Shown: positions 55,050 to 64,000 of the stretch, piece by piece
How the letters are laid out: each line of letters starts with the position of its first letter
Numbering within the stretch: the stretch's first letter is position 1
From: Octopus vulgaris
Lineage: Eukaryota
Assembly: GCA_951406725.2 (NCBI GenBank)
Contig: OX597830.1
Coordinates: 7,068,001 to 7,132,000, forward strand
Length of the DNA stretch: 64,000 nt
Direction: 5' to 3'
Notes under the pieces: model-generated
The model's database searches: none
Seen by the model: the letters and a program-made list of their open reading frames with translations, nothing else
What the model was told of the DNA's origin: nothing
Program-made: the position numbers and the translations under genes

Positions 55050-55369
55050 AAAATGGCTGTGCGTCTAAAGATCTCGCGTCGGAACTTCGTCCTGGCACCT
55101 TGGACAAATGTCTTCTGCTATAGTTCCAGGACGCCGAATGTCTTTCGCACGTTTTGGGCAGATGGAGACTACGTGGAAACCCGTCGAGTAAAGATGTGTG
55201 TGTGTGTGTGTGTGTGTGTACGCATATGCGTGTGTGTGTGTACGATTGTGTGTGTGTGTATATTGATAGATATATGTATGTATATATAATATATATATAT
55301 TTGTATATATATATTATATATATAAATATACAGGTATGTAAGCATATTGATACGTGTATGCATACATAC

Positions 55370-55411
<42 letters not shown>

Positions 55412-55700
55412 ATATATATATATATATGCACATATGTGGTGTGTGAGTGTGCATTGTGTGCATGTCTTATGTTTGTTGCCATATCACTTAACAACTGGGG
55501 TTGGTTTGTTTACGTCCCCGTAATCAATCTGTACCGCAAAAGTGAAAGAATAATAAAAGTTCCAGACTTCAAAACAAAAAAATAAATAATATATAAATAA
55601 TAAGTAGTGGCGACGAATTGTTTGACAAAACCTTCAAGACGTTGCCCCAGTATGGCCCCCAGCATGGTCCCAGCATGGCAACAGCTCGTTGATTGACACA
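55050..55700 (+). mobile_element. SINE family A, old copy with expanded internal microsatellite
   Basis: GGCACCTTGGACAAATGTCTTCTGCTATAG ... GTTTACGTCCCCGTAA ... CCCAGCATGG (triplicated). Confidence 0.7.
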
Positions 55701-55828
55701 GGGAAAAGGAAATTCTGACTTAAAGAATAATTAGATATGTTTAAGTGTGATTTTTGACATGACAGGTAGACTGACCATTCTTCGGTGAACGGAATCACTC
55801 AAACAATTTGAAGATTTGATTACAGCTA

Positions 55829-56400
55829 TTTGTTGTTTAGCCCCAGGTCTATACTGATCCAGAATGCCTATGATAAAAAGCATTCCACCAATAGCCATTC
55901 TGTTGCACATCAAAAATTACATTCTCCAATGTGTTCTTCCTGTCGTTCGGGAGGGATAGATTTGACTGTTGTTTCTAGCATGTCATTTGTAAAATTAACT
56001 TGCGGTTGTAAGTAAGCCTTCATTGAGTAGACATTTGGTCGAAAATCTCCCAGCCGTGACCATTCCATATAATACAGACATATTCTAAATTTGGACTACA
56101 TTTTCACAATGTAGCCTTCCATTTGATATGAGAAAAATGTGATTAGAGAAATACCTGACTGCTATTTCTAGGAGATCGTATAAGCACATAGAGGCGACAA
56201 CATCTAGTCATTGTATTCAGCACTTAAAAGGGCAAGCTTATAATCAGAGGCGCTCCGAATGCGACCATCCCACCTTTTATTCACATTGAATCTCGGAGTA
56301 AATTATTAAATGCATTCTTCGCTGCTGTTTTAAAGACCACTGGGTACGAATATAGATAGATTTGACTTCTATTTCTAGGATGTTATGTGGCCAAAGAGAG
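55829..56400. repeat. Three degenerate ~190-bp tandem units of an interspersed repeat
   Basis: TGACT(G/T)(T/C)T(G/A)TTTCTAG recurs at about 55963, 56157 and 56363, and GACCAT motifs also recur. A similar head, TTGTTTAG(G/C)CCCAG, occurs at about 43817. Confidence 0.55.
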
Positions 56401-56850
56401 ATACCAAGCTACCATATGACTGAATGATCTCATGGGTGTTCAAACAAACAGAAATTTCTAAATCAAGTGTTGGCATGACAAACCAATTTAATCGATACCA
56501 GAATGTCATCGATCATTATTTTATCGGTTTTGTGAAGACGATGTAATTGTAATGTTTAGAGTATCTTAAGCAGGGGACTATAGGGTTGTGAATACCCGAG
56601 GCTAGACGGGTGATTTCATGTGTAACAGACCTTCATGAAGATCAAGGGCGACGGGTTAGCAAAATCCATTGGATGTTTTACAAAATACTCTTTCGTTATA
56701 GATGGCATATGTTGATTTTACTACCGTGAGTAGGTGTCGATTACTGGGTCCGACGAAATATGGCATCGCGGATCTGAATGGAACTGTGTCTGATTTTTCT
56801 CATTAGCACACGTAAACATACATACATACATATATATATATATAGGTATA

Positions 56851-56905
<55 letters not shown>

Positions 56906-56945
56906 GTATATATATATATATATATTGTTATATTTCGGAATGGTC

Positions 56946-57015
<70 letters not shown>

Positions 57016-57153
57016 TTCCGACAAATGCGAGCGTGAAACTCTGAGTAATAGTTTTTGTGTTATTTTTGGTGCTTTGTAATAGAGCATATTACTCTACCTC
57101 TGGTATTCGAGTACTATTTTTTCTATCTTGTTTCGCATTTATGTGCTTACTCT

Positions 57154-57156
<3 letters not shown>
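57016..57156 (+). mobile_element. (TA)n-embedded element with degenerate hammerhead (GAAACTCTGAGTA family)
   Basis: CCGACAA-ATGC-GA-GCGT-GAAACTCTGAGTA, then ...CATATTACTCTACCTCTGGTATTCGAGTACT. It links the 32851 ribozyme, the 25595 inverted-repeat arm and the fragment at about 5925-5960. Confidence 0.7.
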
Positions 57157-57204
<48 letters not shown>

Positions 57205-57220
57205 TCTGGTATATATATAA

Positions 57221-57361
57221 ATGGTTAATGGGTTTGGTCTCACTGGGTGCCACCTTGGGCGAGTGTCTTCTACTAGAGCCTCGGCCCGACCAAAGCCTTG
57301 TGAGTGGATTTGGTAGGCAAAAATTGAAGGAAGCACACCACACGCCACATGTGTGTGTGCT

Positions 57362-57393
<32 letters not shown>

Positions 57394-57598
57394 ACTTTGT
57401 GTGTGTATTTGTCCCCACCACTGCTTGGCAACCGGTGATGATGTGTTTATGTCTCCGTAACTTAGCGGTTCAGTAAAAGAGAAAAAATAGAATAAATATC
57501 AGTCTCTTAAAAAAAAATAATGGGATCGAGTAACTAAAAATTTTCTCAGTGTGGTACCCCAGCATGGCCGCAGTCTAATGACTGAAACACATAAAAGA
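57221..57598 (+). mobile_element. SINE family A
   Basis: CACCTTGGGCGAGTGTCTTC...CCAAAGCCTTGTGAGTGGATTTGG...CAGCATGGCCGCAGTCTAATGACTGAAAC. Confidence 0.88.
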
Positions 57599-57717
57599 CA
57601 TATATATATACATACATATATATACGTATACACTTGTACATATATATTTTATATATATATATATATATATACGTATACACTTATACATATATATATATAC
57701 ACATATATACATACATA

Positions 57718-57778
<61 letters not shown>

Positions 57779-58368
57779 ATACGTGTGTATGTGTGTGTGT
57801 ATAGAGAGAGACTGTCTATGATTGATTTTTAATATATATATATATATGCATAATACATGTCTGTGTGTGTGGGGGGGGGGTAAAACAAGATGCTAAAATA
57901 CACACAAAGAAAAGTGGTGTGCGATAACCTGCGATATGTGTGTGGCCAAGAAACTTACTAAAAGACCTAAATAAACAGCAATATATTAAAAATTGTCTAT
58001 CAATAACCTCAAAGAGAGGGAAATCCGTTGTTATATTAACACCATGTCACGCTCCGACACACATATCCCCATTATATAGAATTGATATGGATCGTTGCTT
58101 TTAGCGTACTGTGCAGTATTCGCAGCTATTTACTCTGAGTTTTCGATAAGTGTAGTTGTATATGTCTATATTAAAATATACTACGAGACACTACGATGAT
58201 ACACAGTATTAAATATAGGAATTTGTAACGATTAACTAATGTATTTATTTAACAGATATTATTTACAGAACCTATTCACCATTCACCGATATATATGTGT
58301 GTGTATGAGAATTTACGAATACAAACGTGTATATGTACGTATGTATGCATCTCTCTCTCTCTCTCACC

Positions 58369-58399
<31 letters not shown>

Positions 58400-58519
58400 C
58401 ACACACACACATATATATATATTTATATATGTATGCATAAGTACTTATAAACGAAACGTAGAAGTGCCTTTAATTCATGTATATATAAGATCTACATCTA
58501 TATATATATATTCTTATAT

Positions 58520-58876
58520 TTTATTTGTTTCAGACATTTGACTGCGGCCATGCTGGGGCACCGCCTTTAGTCGAACGAATCTACCCCAGGACTTATTCTC
58601 TGTAAGCATACTACTTATTCTGTCGGTCTCTTTTGAGGAACCGCAAAGTTACGGAGACGTAAACACACTAGCATCGGTCGTCAAGTGATGTTGGGGGGAC
58701 AAACATAGACACACAAACATGCACACACACACAGTCACATGCGCGCGCGAACACACACACACACACACACAAGGCTTTGGTCGACCCAAGATTATAGCAG
58801 AAGACACTTGTCCAAAGTGCCACTGAACCCGGAACCATGAGTTGGTAAGCAATCTACTTACCACATAGCCACTCCT
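58520..58876 (-). mobile_element. SINE family A
   Basis: TTTGACTGCGGCCATGCTGGGGCACCGCC...TACCACATAGCCACTCCT. Confidence 0.88.
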
Positions 58877-58944
<68 letters not shown>

Positions 58945-58952
58945 TCAAGCAC

Positions 58953-59015
<63 letters not shown>

Positions 59016-59239
59016 TATACTGTAGTATATTCTATGCATAGCTATATAAATGTATATTATAAACACCCTCAAGCGCACACACATGGCCACATTAATATTC
59101 TTCATTGAGGGAAAATATACATACATAAACGTGGATGTACGTATACGTGTGTGCGTGTTTGTGTCCATACACCTATGTGTCTACACGCGAGTGTGTGTCT
59201 GTCTATGTGGGTGTGTCAACGTGCGTATATGCTTATATA

Positions 59240-59277
<38 letters not shown>

Positions 59278-59659
59278 TGTGCTGATATTTGCGTGTCACA
59301 GAATATCATGTCAGTCACTCATCCTGGCAAGGTGTTAATGGAGGCAAAATGAGGTGTGTTGAAGTTAGATTATATAAACAATGGATACAGACGGGTAGTG
59401 ATATAAAGTTTAACACCATCACCAGCGTGTAGAATCTATATAGTATCAGAATGGGGTGGGTATGGCAGTTGAGGGAGGAGATTAATCTTAAGAGATAGTG
59501 ACGGCTTTATTGAGTCCGTTGGTTAAGTCCCTGATCACAAGAGGATCCTGGTTTTGCTGAATTCCCTCTTCTATCACTCTTTTGCGAAGTTGGAAGTTTT
59601 CTAGAGAACCCTGGGTTGTTGTGTGTCGTATACGTAATGGCAGATTTGTCTTCTATGAG

Positions 59660-59714
<55 letters not shown>

Positions 59715-59897
59715 TAATAGTACACTCAGGAAAATCACTCGAACTCACCTAAACAAGTACACATATCTATCTATCCATTCTTCTACCTGTCTATCTATCC
59801 ATCTATCTACGTAATCTCTTTCACAATCTCTCTCTCTCTCTCTCTCTTTCTCTCTGTTCTCATTGTATTTGTTCCTCCCTTTCTTTCCCACGCTCTC

Positions 59898-59934
<37 letters not shown>

Positions 59935-60001
59935 GCACGCACACACAAACCCACACTTATGAAGATAGAGATTGATGGATGGGCAGAGAGACAGACAGAT
60001 C

Positions 60002-60085
<84 letters not shown>

Positions 60086-60774
60086 TTAATGGTAGTTCGC
60101 AAATTTCTTATATTTTACTCAGAACTCGTCACTTGAAATCATTACCGGAAGATGGGAGACTGAGTAACAAAGAGTAAAAGTTCCGAGCTCGTATAAATAT
60201 AACTATTTTGTATTAAGAAATATCTCTTCTCTCTTGTTTAAAGAGTTTTTGAACAAAAGCCACACGCACACACACCATACGCACGCACACGCATATTCAC
60301 ACACAGACGCATGTATATATGATCAGTCATATATGTGTAAGTACATGCATATTTATTCACGCAAGCACACGAATACACATGTATATACAAATCAGGCAGA
60401 TGGAAACTGTGAGGAAGCCCAACTCTTGGACTTTTCCCTGTAATTTAGAGGTCAGTGTGTGCTACATTATGTCACGCTGATTCTGCCTGAGATAAACGTG
60501 GCTTTGGGATACTCGCCGATTAGGCACGCTAATTCGAGGAGCTTCGATCGAGCAACTAAAAGCGGAAACTTTCACCGAAATCCATGTATTTTTACATACA
60601 CACACATACACACACGCGCACGCATGCACACACACATATGTGTGAATTTATATATATATACACAAATGTATATATGTGTGTGTATATATATTTATATATA
60701 TATATATAGGGAGAATTCACAAAAAAACAAACAAAAGACGAAGACAGGTGGTGTAGACAACAAACAGATGTATT

Positions 60775-60807
<33 letters not shown>

Positions 60808-61364
60808 GCATGTATATAAATATGTATATATACACACATACACAAATGCACATACTCACTCGTACATATGTGTATGTATGTTGTGCAAGTTGTGTCTATA
60901 TCACTAACTTATTACGATGTTGTATTATACAAGATTACATGTGTTATCTAACGTATTATTGTTACGATAAGCTTATTAGCAACGTGTTAAGATTACTTAG
61001 TTAATCACATTTTAGAATAGATTCATAGTCTATATATAACCAGATTTTTTATATTCCCCGGGGCAATAGCTATACTCAGGAGTGACAGCGTAACCTCATA
61101 TATATACCATAATCCAGACGGATAGCTATGTTACAAATGTATATTGTATATATTATGTATACCACGATCTGGTAGCTATGTCTGAGGCATACATTTTACC
61201 TCGGATTTATAGCCATACCGTTGTTAAATATCATATGCCAGCTTCAAAGCTACAGTTAAAGTATATTATATAATGAAGTTACATCAATTTCAAAATTATA
61301 TATTTCTACATATAATATCCAAGTTTCAAGTTGTTAGATATAATCTGGGTACATATATGTATAT

Positions 61365-61500
61365 AGCTGAAATTTATAGAAAAACAAAAGAGGAAGACAG
61401 ATGGAGGACAACAAGCAAGTGTATTAGTTTCACGCTTTGGAAAAAGGAAAAAGTATTTTACGTTTCGAGCCTACGCTCTTCAACAGAAAGGAATAAGGGA
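61365..61500 (-). mobile_element. Third copy of the CTGTTGAAGAGCGTAGGCTCGAAACGTA element
   Basis: TACGTTTCGAGCCTACGCTCTTCAACAGAA at 61459-61488 is the exact reverse complement of 22191-22220. Confidence 0.75.
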
Positions 61501-61553
61501 AAAAGGGAAAAAAAAACTTGTAGGTTTCAGCGGTCCAGCATGGCGAATCGTAC

Positions 61554-61589
<36 letters not shown>

Positions 61590-62524
61590 CTGTTTGTGTA
61601 TATGCACGTACAGGGAGAGAGTGGTAAACTGAGAGAGATTATTGTTAGATAGACAGACAGACAGACGGAGACTATGCAAAAGTGATGAGCAAACTAGACT
61701 GTCGTGGAAATGAAAGATTAACGCGGTTTTAGTTATTGTTGTCGATATTTTCGTAGATATTTAATTCCAGGTCAACTTCGATTTTGCAGAATTTGGATCA
61801 TGACCATTTCATCTACCGTTCAGAGTGTGTCTAAGATGCTATTCCCGACGGTGTCATTCTTGTTGTTGCTTGTGCAAACCTTTCTGGTGAGATGTTTCAA
61901 CTGTGGCAATCTGTTCCCTTATTCCGGCAGAGAGTATTAGGCTTAAAGCGAGAGTACAATAAATACCGTGATGACTTATCCATCTAGAAATGCTCCAGCA
62001 TGACCGAAACAAGTAAGAAATAAAGACAAAAGATTCAAGTATATGAATGGAAGACCATCACGCTTCGATGAGGTGGTCGCATATGAGAAAGGCGACCCGT
62101 CAAGCCTTAGTGAATCAGGCTCACTGTTCTTTGCCACGACCGCTTTACAAACTATCCTTTCTAAACGGGAAAGATGACACAAATTATGCAGCAATTATTT
62201 CAAATAAACTCCCTACGTTTTTAATTTGTTTTGTATTTTGTAAATTTTAAGCATCCAAAGCAGGAATTAGCTTCATTAACCGATGACTCCCAGAAAAGGG
62301 GAAACTAACAATACGGTCTGTGGTTACTCGGGCATTCGTGCGTAGTAATGTGTTTAGGGGTGGGCTGTGCGTTATTTTACCAATTTTCTTTAATTTCATA
62401 TTTAGGCATAATTAAATCGTAAGTTTCCAGTCACATTATATAAAGGACAGAAGGCAAACATTTTCAGATACCATGAATATATATGTTTGTGTGTGTGTAT
62501 ATGTGGATGTATGTGTATATACAT

Positions 62525-62565
<41 letters not shown>

Positions 62566-63154
62566 ATTAATATGTAAATATAATATGTGACGGATGGCCG
62601 GATAACTGAAGAGATGGTGGTGTGGATTTCCACCTCGGCATCCGATACTCAGAGTTTTATCTTGGCTACCGAATAATTGTCACAAATTATATTTACAGAT
62701 AAATTCCTCTATTTAGCTCTCTTTCTTTCTTTTGCAATCTTACCGTTTTTACCAATATTTATATAATTAATATATTTATGTGATGGAATCTCCTGCCGTA
62801 GACCTCATTTGAGTGGTCAGTTTTTGCTGAACAACCTGCACAAATGATGTGTTTATGTTGATCAAATGTATCTGCTGTACGCTAGCTCACTCCCTCCATC
62901 AAATCGACGTTGTCTGTAGATGTGCACAAGTGTGCTACACGTCCGATGCCCACATGATCGGAGAGCAATGTGAAATGCAGTGCTTTGCAAAGGAACAAAA
63001 CGTACCGCTTCGTCCACGAATGGAACACGCAGTCTTCTGATCGTGAGAGCAACACGCTAAACACTAGTCCACGCATCTTTGCATAAACACACGCACACAG
63101 TCACACACACATACACACACACCAACACGCACATATATAATAATGCGAATGTGA

Positions 63155-63255
<101 letters not shown>

Positions 63256-63857
63256 TGTATGTTTGTAAGAATGTATGTGTGTGTACACGGATCGCCTGGT
63301 TTGAGGTTTAAACGTCCATGTTCTTTTACAGGGCTTAAAAGGATCTCTGTAGTAAGTGTGTGAATCTAAGGGAGGAATATGATATGTAAAATCATAATTA
63401 ACGGATCTTCTTGTATTTTCTTCTACCCAAAGTCAAGAACATTTCAATACCCCTTCGTACATTGAAATATCAAATTTATATCGAAAATATCACACATTCT
63501 TTGAACGCTATAACATAAAGTTACATCGAGAAAATTATTTAAAAAGCGAGGAAATATTGTAATACACGCACAAGATGAATATAATCGAAGAATAATCTGC
63601 CCAAGAGGGCAAATATTCCACTTTAGCAATGATTGGTATCGATCTAATGTCTATTAATTAGAGATTATCTTGAAGTACGGGAGAAAGTACTTTAAAAGTC
63701 GGTTAGAACTTATGTTGTTACATCGCTAGTAATATCCACCGGAGTGTTTTCTTTTAGTGGTTACAGTAATAAAAATAATGATGTAGGTGATGATCATGAT
63801 GATAAAAAAAACCTATAATAATAGAGGGTAATTATCATTATTTGGTTGTATAACGCT

Positions 63858-63990
63858 TAACATGGTTGCCTTACAAGCAACCCATCTAGGTTCGCTTTAC
63901 GCTCAGCGCATCAAATCATTGCCTCTATTTTTTTTCTTCAGTGAAATATCCCAGCAGAGCCGCTGTCTAATGACTGAAACAAGTAAAAGA
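63858..63990 (+). mobile_element. SINE family A remnant
   Basis: Tail GTCTAATGACTGAAACAAGTAAAAGA. Confidence 0.6.
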
Positions 63991-64000
63991 TATGAGTATG

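Overview
This is eukaryotic, AT-rich, microsatellite-saturated genomic DNA, almost certainly from an octopus (inferred from the abundant tRNA-derived SINE families and (TA)n/(TATC)n/(CAT)n density; not database-checked). The only protein-coding sequence I can support is one internal exon of a Distal-less (Dll/Dlx) homeobox gene on the minus strand (28297-28478, homeodomain residues 1-44). I could not find its flanking exons, so most or all of the window is probably Dll intron. The rest consists of three SINE families, a decayed RTE-type LINE, a Tc1/mariner transposase relic, a TA-flanked MITE, minisatellites and simple repeats. Two features stand out. (1) Several short elements sitting in or beside (TA)n tracts carry minimal type-I hammerhead-ribozyme motifs of the Penelope-like retroelement kind; the best are at 23159-23202 and 32851-32900, and some show the compensatory C3U/G8A change. 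They are often accompanied by local inversions or hairpins. (2) A near-perfect 305-bp inverted duplication lies inside the old LINE (9533-10427) and would form long dsRNA in the Dll pre-mRNA. Nearly all other ORFs in the track are translated microsatellites.
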